Source: Vicugna vicugna (Eukaryota). From it: 64,000 nt of DNA. A model generated the notes under the pieces. The model saw only the letters and a list, made by a program, of their open reading frames with translations, made no database searches and was not told the origin of the DNA. The position numbers and the translations under genes are program-made. Shown here in pieces: positions 11,901 to 25,518 of the stretch. Numbering within the stretch: position 1 is the first letter of the stretch; every line of letters starts with the position of its first letter. Location: NCBI GenBank assembly GCA_013265495.1, contig MU058463.1, positions 2,069,523 through 2,133,522 of the forward strand. The letters run 5' to 3'.

Positions 11901-12379
11901 ATTGGGAGCATTAGTGCAAATGTGTGGAACTAATCATAGTAGTCAGAATTAATTACTTGCTTTTCCCCAATGAGGAGCGAAAACCACAAGGGAAAATCTA
12001 ATGACATCAGAGGTAGGGAATTTGCCCCTCAATGTACAGGAGACACTAAATGGCTATGCTTGCCAAATTTCAAGTAAAAACAGTTATTTCAAAACGAAAA
12101 CAAAACATGTGCTAGCATTGCAAAGCAATGACCCGACTCTCTTCTTGTCTCTCTGTTATTCCAATGGAAAGGTGGCAGTTACAAGTCTTGATCCAAATAT
12201 ATAAAATGGCTTTATTAAAATATATGTATAATTTTATAGTTCCCACTGCTTTAGGAGCAAGTGTAAATTAATCTAAAAACAGTTCTTAAACATAGCACCA
12301 CTCAGAAACTTTCATGATTACATGCTAAAGCCACATATCCAAATATTTTCTATTCTTTTGATGAATCAACTAGTGACCC

Positions 12380-14235
12380 ATAGGTAAGAGAAAACTTCTA
12401 GACTTTAATAATATTGCCAGGCCTAGTGAAATTTACACAAATATGTATTAATGAGTAGAACAGAAAAAACATGTTTTTTAAATATATGTTTATAGCTCAA
12501 ATGTCCCAGTTTTCTCAAACATGAAAGCAGCTATAATTTCCAACGTGGCAACATATAATGTTGTCAATAGGGAGGAGAGAATTTAAGCCTTTATGTTTAA
12601 AAAGAGATTATACTTCAAGGTAAACTTCCATTTAGTTCATTTATTATTAATTTCCCCTATACTTTTGGCGACGCTGACTGGCGACCATAGAAAGAAGAAC
12701 AAATAAAAAATAATTGAGAATTATTTGCTGACAGCTAGTAACCAAACTTTTATAGAAAATTTCTCATTAGTATGTACCTTCAAAGAAAAGCAAAATCAAC
12801 AATTGGTATTTTCTAATCCCTGTTTAAAGACTCAAGCCAAGATTACTCAGAGATTTAGCTAGACATGCTAAATAAATTCAGCAGAAACAGGGCCCATTTG
12901 AACAGCTGTCTGTAGTGTCTAGACCATAAATGATACTGTATTTCAAAAACAAAATGCTAAATGGCTAAATGTTTCCAGGGCCTAAGATAGAAGCACAAAG
13001 TGAACTCATTTCTTTTTAAGCCGTTGGAATTCCCCAGATATTTCCAAACACCTGTTTCAAGGAACTATTTTCTGTATTTAAATAGTAAAAAGATTCAAAT
13101 CAAGGAATAAGGTCACTCTGACACAAGCTTGAATTCCTAAACTAATATGTATAAGAGAGTAATTGGCAAGGGTAGTTTTTTTTTTCTAGAGAAAATTGTC
13201 CAAATTCAATTTAATAAAAGGCAGATGGCAAATTGGAGAAAGTTGATGGCTAGAATTATGGAAGATACGCAGTTCATGTTTTGTTGTGAAAACTATTTGT
13301 AAACACCAGATCGAGTATAATTTTATATTTCAAATCACTGAGATTAATACAAAGCAGAGCAGTTTACGGACAGTCTCGCTGCTTGTGATGAAGAGAGAAC
13401 TCCAACTTGGGTACTGATTAGCTCCATTGCCAGTGGTGTAAGAGCTTCAAGGCAAGCCAGAATCTGCTAGAGTATGGTGATGATTTAAAATAGTTTTAAA
13501 GCAGACATGGCAGATGACTACAAAATAGAAGGCAGATTCTCAGAGCCCCTATGGGATCTTACTCTATGCAGCATGAAACAGTCACCTACAAGTTGAATAA
13601 TGTGCATATTTCTAGTCTCCATCAATTACAAAAGGCATGGTGAATTTGCATAATGTTCAAATTAATACATATAATTAAAGAGGCAGAAAACAAGGCCCAT
13701 AGGCAAAGGTGAAAAGAATCCCTAAGGGATTCTTAGGGCAAGGACTTTTGCATCCTGTTTTGCTTATATCCCTCAGACCAGTGAGTACAATGTACAAGGT
13801 GAGGTGAGTCCTTAGGAAAAACCTGTCGGTTAACCTGGGGGAGAAAAGGGAGAAGAAAGACAGGGTAACGGGTAACAGTCCTCGGATATATAGGAAGGGT
13901 TGTTACTTTCTAAAAATGGTAACCGGCTGTCTCTGCCTCTGTTCAGGAGATAGAGCAGAGATAGAAGGCAACAACTAGTTCGGATACGTTAGGATTTATC
14001 TATATAGGATCACCAACTTGTTCCAGTTTGCCCAGGACTTTCTTAGTTTGAACAATAAAAGCCACATCCCAAGAAACCCATTAAGTCCTGAGAAAACCAG
14101 GCAGGGGGTCATCCAACTTTGTTTAAAACAGGAGAGATTCTTATCTGACTGGAAGGAGTTAGACAAATCCTACCTGAATATAAGGGAGAAAAACTAAGTG
14201 CCCTTTCATGGGGCTTTCCAAGCATATGATTCTAC
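12380..14235 (+). mobile_element. Highly decayed CR1/L3-type LINE (RT region to 3' end)
   Basis: Colinear remnants of CR1 text: ccaggcctagtgaaattta (PGPDE-like), aatgtcccagttttc (NVVPIF-like), ggtaacagtcctcggatatataggaagggttgtta...ggtaaccggctgtctctgcctct, and a terminal atgattcta. Confidence 0.5.
14005..14116. mobile_element. hAT-Blackjack MITE (MER81/MER94-like)
   Basis: aggatcaccaacttgttccagtttgcccaggact...ccaggcagggggtcatcc resembles the tagggtgacc...ggtcacccta TIR element. Confidence 0.7.
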
Positions 14236-14509
14236 CGGTATCATCACTATCACAATCATTAATGAGGCGATAATGACGGTGATAACAACAGTAATGATTT
14301 TATTTCTACCTGTCAAAGTGAGCTTGTGCTAACATTAACTCATCGAAAGCCCATGAAATGTGTGTTATAAACTTAAGCAGAAGAACTAAGCACACTTCCC
14401 CGTCATAAGGAAATAAATGTGAACCACAAAAAGGAGTATAATGATTACTTGTAGTCGCATAACAAGCCAGCCTGTGCTCCGTCATGCTCGAGGTTGATCA
14501 GGCCAAGTA

Positions 14510-14680
14510 AAACATGGCCGAGCGGTTAACAGCAGGGCTTGGAATCATGCAGGTCTGGGTATGAGTGCTTATTACTGATGAAATGACTTTGGACAAACTA
14601 CAGAACTCTCTAAGCATCTGTTTCCTCATCTATAAAATGGATATAATGTCATTACCTGCTCATAATAAGTTTATAAGACT
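14510..14680 (+). mobile_element. MIR SINE
   Basis: tgactttggacaaact...tctgtttcctcatctataaaatgg. Confidence 0.75.
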
Positions 14681-14784
14681 TTCTTTTAGTGAGACTTCCT
14701 GCAAGGTGATGGTGTAATAGAAAATAGAAAAATAGAAAAATATGAAATGAAAACATAATTGGGTTCAGGAATTGAGGTCTCTGG

Positions 14785-14985
14785 TTACAATAGCTGATAT
14801 TTTAAATACTTTCTATGTGTCTCAGCACTTTTCATGCATTACACATTCACTATAACAACCCTATGAGAAGTGTTATTCTCATCCTCATTTTATAGATTGG
14901 GAAACTGAAGTCCAGAAAATTTAAGTATTTTTCCCAAGGTTACATGGGTAATAAAGCAGCAGATTTCATATCCAAACCGCAGCAA
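14785..14985 (-). mobile_element. MIR SINE
   Basis: aacaaccctatgag...cattttatagattgggaaactgaag...cccaaggttaca. Confidence 0.8.
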
Positions 14986-15336
14986 TGTAACCCCAAAACA
15001 TATACTTGTAAACACAACACTGTATCATCCCTGGTCTATTTTCAGAAGACCTGTAAATGTATGTGTGAACTGCATACTCTTTGAAAAATAATAAATTAAT
15101 ACAATTTCTCTCAGTAAGACTTTTAATAATTTGTAGTGGCAGTAAGGTCAGGGTTAAATTCTCTGACAACTACCAAAAATATTATATTTTGTCGATTACA
15201 AGAAAGAAATAGTCACACCTTCAGATACAATTTGAAATGATAAATACATAGTACATTCAATCTAGTTTTCATCTAACCCAAAACTCATTCCTATTAGCAC
15301 TGTATATTATATGCTCTATGTGCTAAATAATTCTTC

Positions 15337-16277
15337 CTTTTTAATTTATTGAGTTATAGTCATTTTACAATGTGTAAATTTCCAGTGTAGAGAACAATTT
15401 TTCAGTTACACATGAACATACATATATTCATTGTCGCATTCTTTTTTGCTGTGAGCTACCACAAGATCTTGTATATATTTCCCTGTGCTATACAGTATAA
15501 TCTTGTTTATCTATTCTGCATATGCCCGTTAGTATCCACAAATTTCAAACTCCCAGTCTGTCCCTTCCCACTCCCCTCCCCCTTGGCAACCATAAGTTTG
15601 TGTTCTATGTCTATGAATCTGTTTCTGTTTTATATTTATTATGTATTATTTTTTTAGATTCCACATATGAGGAATTTCATATGACATTTTTCTTTCTCTT
15701 TCTGGCTTACTTCACTTAGAATGACAGGGACATCCATGTTGCTGCAAATGGCATTGTCTTTTATGGCTGAATAGTATTCCATTGTATACATATACCACAT
15801 CTTCTTTATCCAATCATCTGTTGATGGACATTTAGGCTGTTTCCATGTCTTGGCTATTGTAAATAGTGCTGCTATGAACATTGGGGTGCAAGTGTCATTT
15901 TGAAGTAGGGTTCCTTCTGGATATGTGCCAGGAGCAGGATTTGGGTCATATGGTGGGTCTATTCCTAGTCTTTTGAGGAATCTCCATACTGTTTTCCACA
16001 GTGGCAGCACCAAACTGCTTTCCCACCAGCAGAGTAGGAGGGTTCCCTTTTCTCCACAGCCTCTCCAGCATTTGCCATTTGTGGACTTTTGAATGATGGC
16101 CATTCTGACTGGTGTCAGGTGATACCTCATTGTAGTTTTGATTTGCATTTCTCTGATAATTAGTGATATTGAGCAAGGCAATCTACTGATTTAATGCAAT
16201 CCCTATCAGATTACCCAAGACATATTTCACAGAACTGAAACAAATTGTAATAAAATTTATATGGAACCACAAAAGAC
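15337..16277 (-). mobile_element. Young lineage-specific L1, 5'-truncated with 5' inversion
   Basis: Minus-strand ORF2 C-terminus ([17 protein letters not shown]...[23 protein letters not shown]) plus 3' UTR, then a plus-strand ORF2 piece at 16175-16277. TSD ctaaataa(t/c)tcttc at 15323-15336 and 16278-16291. Confidence 0.92.
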
Positions 16278-16439
16278 CTAAATAACTCTTCACTGATATG
16301 TATTTCACATAGCCCCTGTCTAAATATTCCATGTTCAATTATTTCATGAGGCAAACTACTCCTAATGAAAGGTTAGCTTAAGGAGTTAAAAAGATTTCTA
16401 TGATACATATTAATTTGGCTTTCAATACAGAAGTAGTTT

Positions 16440-19230
16440 ATAAAGGGCTAAATTTTCTCCAGGTAACAATTATAAACTCCAGAAAAATTATAAATGTTAA
16501 AAAGACTATTTGAAGGCACTAGAGAATGATCAAATGCAGACAAACATGATGGAAGAGCATTGGAAACTTAAAAAAGGAAATTGCAAAGGTAAAATTTGCA
16601 CTTATATGACTTTTTACTTAAGTCTTCTTCTGTCCATCTAGCATGGAGAGGGCTAGAACTCAAGTAGAAAGCCATAATCTTATGAGCTTAAGAAGTTCCA
16701 AGTTTGGGGTTGCCAGAAAGAATGGAAAGGGAGGGAATAAAATATTATAAACAATTGAGCAAAAGAAAGGGAATAGATTTACTTTATAGATTTACTGGTA
16801 AATTTTATCAGACATCAGAGAAAGAAATACAAATAATCTTCAAAAAAGAGAGAAGAAAACACTTCACAACCCATTTTGTTCAGCCTGAAGCCTTATATGA
16901 AAACTTGACAAAGACATTTCAAGGATTTCAGGAACAAAGATACAAATATCTTTGAAAAAATATTAGCAAATGAAATTCATAAATATGTAAGATGGATAAT
17001 ACATCATAACCAAGTGGGGCTCATCAAAGTAATGCAAGGTTGGTTCAACATTCAATATGCAATCACTATATTTTAATATATCAACAGATTAGATTAAAAA
17101 TAATCTGAAATATATGCAGAGAATTTGACGAATTTCAAAATTTATTTTTGACAAAAACTCTCATCAACCTAAGAATAGATGAGAACTCTCTCAACATTAT
17201 AAAGAACCTTTACAGAGAGCCTATAATTAATATCACAGTTAGTGGGAAAATATTGAATGCTTCCCCACCTAATATTTTGGGGAAAAGGAAAGGAAGAATG
17301 TCTGTTTTCACCATTGAATTGGAGTTTCTATTCAAAGTAATAAGGCAAAAAAAAAATTAAAAAGAAAACTGCTTTATTTATTGACAATAATTATCTATAT
17401 AGAAAATTCTGAGAAATCTACAAAGCATATAACTCATAAATTTAGCAAGGTCTCAGGATACAAGGACAATAAAAAAGCAATTGCTTTTCTCTATTCTAAA
17501 AGCAAAGAACTGATAAATATAAATTTTAAAACCTATTCTGTTTAAAAGTACGTTTTTAAAATATAAAATACTTAGAAATACATTAATGAAACTGCAAGGC
17601 TTCTATACTGAAAACGTAAAAAAAAAGTTGCTAACAGAAATTAGAGAAGATGTAAATAAATTAAGAGAGAAACCATTTTCATGATTGGAAAACTCTATTG
17701 TTTAAGATGTCAGTTTCCCCAAATTGATCTGAACATTTAAATAAAAATTCTGGCAGCCTTTTAAAGAGAAATGTGTAAGATAATTCAAATTTTGAATGGA
17801 AATGCAAAGGCTCTAAAATGGCAAAAATAATTTTTAAAAAGAAAAACAAAGCTAACAGATTTACACCTAACTTCAATAACAACTATAATGTTACAATAAT
17901 AAAGATGGCAGTTTTGACATAGGATAAATAAAATAGATTACTGATACAGAATAGAGAATTTATAAATAAACTCAGTTATATGGTCAATTGATTTTCAACA
18001 AGATGTCAAGGTACTTCACTGAGGAAAGGATAATCTTTTCAACTGGCTAACCCTATGGGAAGGAAAAAAGTAATCTTGACCATCACCTCACAACACATAA
18101 TTGACATCGGTAGATAATAGAAAGACACACAAACTAAAAGAAAATATTTGATTTTTTTATGAATTCGGCATAGACCACTTTTCTTAGATAGAATAAAAGG
18201 AAGCAATAACCATAAAGAAAGCGTAAGTATATTAAACTTCATCAAAGTTAAAAACTGCTTAACAAAAGTCATCATCAAGAAAATAAATAGCTAACCGCAG
18301 GCTGAAAGAAAATATTCATAAAATGTATCTGAATAAGGGATTCATCAGCAAAATTTGTCAAACAACTTAGACTCTTCACAAAGGAAGATATATAACTGAC
18401 CAATAGGCACAGGAAAAAGTGCTCAACATAATTTGTCATCAGGGACATGCATATTAAATGGGCTGTTAAGTATTAAATTGAGCAATGAGCTACCATTACA
18501 CACCAACTAAAATAATTAAATTAAAAGCTGAAACAGTATCAAGTGTTAGTGAGAATGTAAAGCACAAGAATTCTCATACATTGGTGGAGGGAGTGTAAAA
18601 TGGAGGAACCAGTTTGGAAAACTGTCAGTTTCCCAAAAAGTTAAATACACATATACCTATGACCTTGCCATCTCACTTCCAGAGAACTCCCTGAGAAAAT
18701 GAAAATATATGTTCATATAAAAGCTATTACTAAATGTTTATAACAGCTCTTTATATAAAAGCCAAATGTGGGATCAACCTAAATGTCTAACAACAGGAGA
18801 ATGAATAAACAATCTGCAGTATATAAATACATATATGTGTATATATACATAATGCATATTCATATGTACTATTCTTTAAGAAAAGGGAGTAAGTTTCTGA
18901 AAGGCAATGACATGGATAAATTTCACACCCAATACCCTAAATGAAAGAAGCAAGACACAGAGAAGTACATCCTGTGTGATTCATATACATGAAGTTCTCC
19001 CATAGGTAGAACTATTCTATGGTTTAAAAAAAAAAAATCAGACAGATGGGTAAGTTGACCAGGAAGTGGCACAAAGGAGCCCTCTGAGGTAATGGAAAAG
19101 TCATAACTTGGCGGGTTATGGAAGACAGAGGCATTTATACATTTATCAAAACACGTTATATCTGATTTATTATTATTTATTCATTACACATAAACTTTTG
19201 TAAATTTTATGTCAAAAAATGTAAACAAAG
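16440..19230 (+). mobile_element. Old L1 (L1ME/L1MD-type): 5' piece, decayed ORF2 and 3' UTR
   Basis: RT-region text (aatgcaaggttggttcaacatt, aaatttagcaaggtctcaggatacaag), C-terminal text and an L1M 3' UTR. Many stops and frameshifts. Confidence 0.85.
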
Positions 19231-19369
19231 TTTTTTTTTTCCTTCAGATTTTGCCTCTTATAACTTTTTCATTTGTCCTGGTTCTGAATTTAGAATAACT
19301 AGAACAAAACTACACCTCCCTTGACATGAATGTGGTCCAGTACAGTGATGTACTAGACTATGGGATCTA

Positions 19370-19575
19370 GCACCGTGAAGGTAAATGGGTTTCAGTTTGA
19401 GAGCTAACTTTGGTCAGTTGGCAATGGCTACCTTGACCAGTATTTAGAGAAAGAGTTTGAGACTGTGTCCAATCCCTGAGGGATCTGGGATTAACTGCTT
19501 TGAGTGGTTAACATTATCTACCAGGTAAGAGGGAAGGAGTGATAAATGGTGGTCCCAGCCCATTCACCATCTTCA
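19370..19575. mobile_element. Ancient hAT-like MER fragment
   Basis: aaatgggtttcag...ttggcaatggctacc...gagactgtgtcc resembles an old non-autonomous hAT element. Confidence 0.35.
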
Positions 19576-22500
19576 ACTCTTATCTCATCAAATGGTAAAT
19601 CTTGATCTACAACACCTGGGATGGGGTCTTTATATGCTTTTGCAACAAAATATTATTTATTAGGTCAACATAGGAGGCATTGCCACACACTGAGTTTCCT
19701 TCATACCGTGTTATAACAGACAAGCTGTAGAGCAAACTGAGGACGAAGTGATATGGAGGCAAGTGACACTGTCTAACATTTTACCCAGTTACATATCCTG
19801 GATCTAAAACTACCGATCACTTCTTTTGTTCACTTTTATGTAAAAGACAAGACAAACATACAGAACAGACAATGTACACACGTATTACAAGCAATAGTAA
19901 ATTGAACACCCATTACCTACAACTCGGCTTAAGAAATCAAACAGTATCATGCTGATAAAGCTTCCGGGGGCTCTTCTCTACTATATTCCCCTCATCATTC
20001 CAGAGGAAACACTATTCTGAATTTTGTGCTTATTATTCCTTTGATTGACCTGATAGTTTACAACATAGTATGCATCCTTAAGAAATATCTTGGTGAATTT
20101 TATGTACTTAGTATATAATTGTTGTTATTGTCTAAGATTTCTCTCTATTTAACCCAACATTGTTTTTGAATTGAATTCATGTTGATATTGGTGGCTGTAG
20201 TTTATTAATATTCACTGCCATAAATTATTCTATGCTGTTGCACTTTATCTGTTCTCTCCAAAGTAGTTACTTGTGTTGTTTCCAGTTTATCAATACTACA
20301 GTTAATGCTGCTATAAACAGTGAAAATGTGCAGGAGTTCTGATAATGTTTTATAGGAGCTCAATTCCCAGGCCATGAGTTAATGTATATTCAGCTTTATA
20401 AGACAAAACCAAATCGTCTTCCAAAGTGGTTGTACCAATTTATACTTCCACCAGCCGCATATAAAAGATGTCTTAACAAACATGATATTGTCCAGCATTT
20501 TAATGTTTGCCAATCTAGTGGATGAAAAATACCACTCCACTGTGATTTTAATTTGGCATTTCATATTACCAATGAGGCATATGTTTATACATTTATCAAT
20601 CTTTCATATTTCTTCTTGTAAGGAAATTTCTCCGTCTCTTGCCCACATTTTCTATTGAGCTGTTTGTATTTCTCTTATTAACTTATAGGTGAGTCATTGT
20701 TTTCTAAACCCAAATTCTCTGTTGGCTTTATGCTTGCAAATATTTTTTCTTCCAGATTGTGGTGTGTCTTGTCCTTTTTTAAATGATGTCTTTTGATGAA
20801 CAGATGTTCTTAATTTAACTAGAAGTGAATTATTGATTTTCTGCTTATGGTTTTTCCTCTCTGTGTCTTGTTCAAGAACTATTTACATATCATAAGGTCA
20901 TAAAACTACTCTATATTTCCTCCTAGAATTTTTTTAGGTTTTTTTTACATTATTGTATTTAAAACACCTGGAATAACGTTTTTACAACAGTGCAAAATAG
21001 CAATTTAATTTCATTTTTTCCATATGGATAGTCAATAATCCCAGCATAGTTTCTTAGTTCGTCTACATTTTTTTGCTTATTACACAGCAAATTTCCAGAT
21101 ATAAATGGGTCACTTTCTAACATCTCAATTTCTTCCATCAACTTATGAATCCACCCTGTACTATTATATTTATAAATTGCTATATGTTTATAATAACTTT
21201 AGATATCTCACCTTGTCATTCCTCAGATTAGTCGTGACTATTCTTGTTTTGGTTTTTTCTCTTTTATGTTTATTTTAGAATAGTTTGTCAAGTTCTGTGA
21301 AAAATCCTATTGGTTACTGAGTTTACACTTTGATTCTACGGATCAATTTGCGTAGATCTGAGTGTGTTTCAAGTTATACCATCTATATGTTACTAGAGCA
21401 TAGAAATGCAATTCATTTCTAGTTTAACTTCATAATGGTCATAAAACACATTCTTTATGATTTGCAATGTTTTCTGACTTTTGTTTAACAACCTAGGATA
21501 TGGTCAATAGACAATTGAAAGAAATGTGTATTCTATTGTTTAGGTAAAATGTCTATTTCAATTAGATCCTGTTGGTAGATGGTGTTGTTCAAATCGCCTA
21601 TATTTTTGTTGCTATGCTATTCTAGTTATTCTAAATTCTGTGAGTTGCTGAAAAAGGAACATTGAAGTCCCCAGTGATAATTGAGGATTTGTCTACTTCT
21701 CATTTTAGGTCTATCAGTTTTTGTTTCAAGTATTTTGAGGTTCCGATGTTCAGCACATACACACTAAGAATCATTATGACTTCCTGGTAGATTGACTCTT
21801 TTATCATTATGTAATATCCCACTTTTTCTCTAGTAATTTTCCTTACTCTGAAGTCTACTTTATATTTATTAATATAACCATTTCTGTTCAGCATATAGTT
21901 GGGTCATGTTTTCTTTATCCATTCTGCTGATTTCTGTCTCTTTTTTCTGGTAAGCAGTTTTTATTCTATGTAAGTAGTTTATCTTTTAATATAATTTATT
22001 TACAATTGTAGATTGGGGAAGGTAATACTTTATTGTTTAATCAGCACTTCTATAGGTACTGAATTTGAGCATCCCTCTCTATATATCTATTCTTTGTTTT
22101 TCTATAGGATTTTTTTTATCTTCTCCTGTTCATTAACAGGCATTCTTATACATTTTCAGTGAGAGTATCTTGCCCTTTTTACTTTATTTACATATCTTTT
22201 TGAGATCAGTCATCAATTAACTTCATTCTTTATTGAACATAAGTCCTTAATATCAATGTTATCAAACCCATTGATATTTTTAGTTGCATGGCTTGTAACT
22301 TGATGTCATATTTAAGTAGAATTTCTTCACTCTTAAATAACAAACATGTCCTCTACATTATCTTCTATTAACTTTATAATTGACATTCATCATTTAGGTC
22401 ATTTATTCATCCGGATTCTACCATTGTAGTTGATGTTAAATCTGTCTTTTACTTAATATATTTAGACCACTCTGAAGTAATTATTGATAAATTAGCACCT

Positions 22501-23103
22501 AAATCTTATTTGTTTTTTACTTGTTTTCTCCAATTTTTGTTCCTTTTTTCTTGGCTTCCTGAGGATTACTTGAACATATCTTAGGATTCCATTTTGACTT
22601 ATTTACAGTGTTTTTAAGTGCATCTCTTTGCATAGTTTTTGTAGTGTCTGCTCTGGGCACTGTAATTTTCATATGTGACAGTCTACTGAAATTGACATTT
22701 TACTGCTTTGTGTGAAAACTTGACTTCCAATTAGTTCTCTGCTTTCTTCACTTCTAATATCATTATTCTGAATGTCAAATAATGTTAGAATTTTGTATTT
22801 AATCATCAAATAAGGTTTATGAAACTCATGAGGAAAATGATCGTTTGTATTTCATACACATATTTCTTTTTTTGTTTGTTTTTCCTTCTTCTTTCTTGGT
22901 GTTTCAAGCCTCCTTTTATCATTTCCTTTCTGCTTGAAGAACTTTCTTTACCCAATCTTTAAGGATAAGTCTGCTAGCAACAGATTCATTTAGCTTTCCT
23001 TCTTCTGAAAATGTTATTTCCTTTTCATTTCTAAAGATTAGTCTGACCAGATATAGAATTCATGACTGACAGGTCCTTTTTTCAGCACTTGAAAAATGCT
23101 GTG

Positions 23104-23652
23104 GACGTGGAAACCAAGCCTAGAGTTCTCTTTCCGGGCTAGCAGAGAGGTGGGGCAGCCCCTCAGGCAGAAATGCATTAGAAGTAGGGATGGGAGTCAG
23201 AGTACCTGGACCACAGCATCAAGACCTGGCCGCCCCATCCTCTGTTAGACAGATGGGAAAGAGGCAGCCCTGCCTGGGTCATTATTGATGCTTTGTGGAG
23301 CTGGAAAGACTCTGCGCTGACTTCAGACCTCAGCGTCTCCCAGGGCAGAACTCAGATAGCTGGAGCCAACTTTGGAATCCAGAGGTCCTGGGGTCATGTC
23401 CTGCCTGGGACAGTCCCTAGTTCCTAGCTGGGTGACCTTAGATAACTAACTTCCTCTCTTCAAACTTCCTTCCTCTCCTTGCTTGTCTGAGAACATGGCA
23501 TTTAGTGGCTGCTCCATACATGCTAATCTGGACTTGAGTTTATCTGAAAGGAAAAGCGACAACTGATTTTAATCTTCAACTAAACTTTTTGTGACAATTT
23601 AAATATAAAATTAATAGAAGAAGAAAAAGGACAGGAGAAAGAGCAAGAAAAA
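23104..23652 (+). pseudogene. Retroposed non-coding transcript fragment (5'-truncated processed pseudogene or orphan 3' transduction)
   Basis: GC-richer non-L1 insert inside an L1, ending in a decayed A-rich tail. 13-bp TSD gaaaaatg(c/t)tgtg at 23091-23103 and 23653-23665, at a TT/GAAAAA L1 endonuclease site. Confidence 0.75.
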
Positions 23653-25488
23653 GAAAAATGTTGTGCCACTTCCTTTAGACCTCCCTGGTGTCAAATGACA
23701 AATTGGCCATCATTTGAATTGGTGTTACCTATAGGTAATGCATCCTAAAGGTTTTTTTATTCATCTTCAGTTTTCAAAAGCTTAATTGTGAATTATCTTG
23801 GCATGACTGTCTTTGGGGTTATCCTGTTTGGATCTGCTTCTTCTCTCCTGGAACTGCAATGATACAAAGGGTAGATACTTGTTATTGTCTCACAGGTCTC
23901 TGACGCTCTGTTCACTTTTTTTCAGTCTATTTTCCTATTATTCATATTAGATAAATTCTATTTTCTCTCTTCTAGTTCACTGATTCTATCTTCTGTCATC
24001 TTCACTTTGCTATTGAGCCTATTCAGTGCGTTTTTAATTTTTACTTTTTACTTTTTATTATATTTTTAAATTCTATAGTTTCCATGTTTTAATAATTTTA
24101 ATTTATTTCCCAGGATTTTCTTTTTTTATTTGTTTCAGAAGAATTTATTATTGATACTTGAAGCATTTTTATGATACTACTTTAAAATACTTGTCAGGTA
24201 ATTTGAACATCTGATTCAACTCAGTGTTGGCATCAATTGATTGATTTTCTCAATTAAACTGTATTTTGTTCATTTTGGGGCTTTGTTTCTTGTGAGGACA
24301 GGTAATTTTTTATTGTATCATGGACATTTTGTCCAATGTGTTAGGAGACTCTGGGTACTATTTAAAGCATTTATTTTAGCAGGAAATCACCTTATTTTGG
24401 TTTAGCATGTTGATTTTATCCTACTTTTGTATGTTGTTATTCCAATGGCAGTTTAATTTTCAGAGCCTCTTCCGTATTATTTTGGTCTGCTTGGTTTACC
24501 AGATGCTGCTAAGCTTGCACTGGTACCTGGTGATGCTAACTTGTTGGGCAGAAATGGTGTCGATGAGCCCGGCTGCCAGGTGTCTCCTTGTGGGCAAGAG
24601 ATGTGTTGAAGTCCCCCTCCTGGTACCTGCCCCCAGGTATCCTGGTGGTTATTTTTTAATAATACCATTTTTCTCTTCTATCAGCTTTGTAGTTATACAT
24701 ATTTTTACATTTATCTTGGCTGTGAGTGCCATAGAGATGACAAGACTCAACCTAGCCTTACTGCTATCTAGATCAACCAGTCCTCTCCTAATGCAAGAAC
24801 CTTAGAACTCTTCACTCCATTCACCTTCTTGCAACTTCCATACTTTTCATCTTATATTTTAGTTCTAGATATATTTTAATCCCATAAGATGGTGTATTTG
24901 TTATTATTTTATGCAGTAAGTACTTGTTTAGATTTACCACATTTAACCTTTTCACTCCTTTTCACCCCTTTCCGCAGCTCTTCTCGATTTCCTTCTTGAA
25001 GAACACCTTTTACTGTTTCCTTCAGTGTGAGTGCTATGGTGAAGAATTCCTTTAGATTTTGTCTAAAAATGTCCTTATTCTACCTTCATTTTTACAGGAT
25101 ATTATCACTAAGTATAGACTCTAGATGGTATTATACTTTCTTCCAGCACTCAGAATATATACGCTACTGAACTCTAGTTTCCGTTGCTTCCTTTAAGAAG
25201 TCTTAAGAACACGGTCTTAATTTCGTTCCTTTGCTCTCAATAAGACTTGATAAAATTATCTAGTCAGTCATTATCATGGGTGGAAATCTGTCATAACTTC
25301 AACAATCACATTTTATTTCTATATTTTGTTCTTTTTATAACATTTTTATATATTTTTCTTATTTTTTTAATTTCATCTTTTATTTGGAAATGATCATATT
25401 TCCTCCGTTTGGTTTTAATGAATGGCAGTACCGCATCACATGCTACACCAGTTCAGGGTGAGAATTTCCTAATAAACTCTTTCTGATA

Positions 25489-25518
25489 TTACTACTACTA
25501 TTACTACTACTACTACTA
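25489..25518. repeat. (TAC)n microsatellite
   Basis: tactactactattactactactactac. Confidence 0.85.

Noticed and set aside
15654..16181. 175-aa ORF as a gene
   Set aside because: It is the L1 ORF2 C-terminus in a truncated, inverted insertion.
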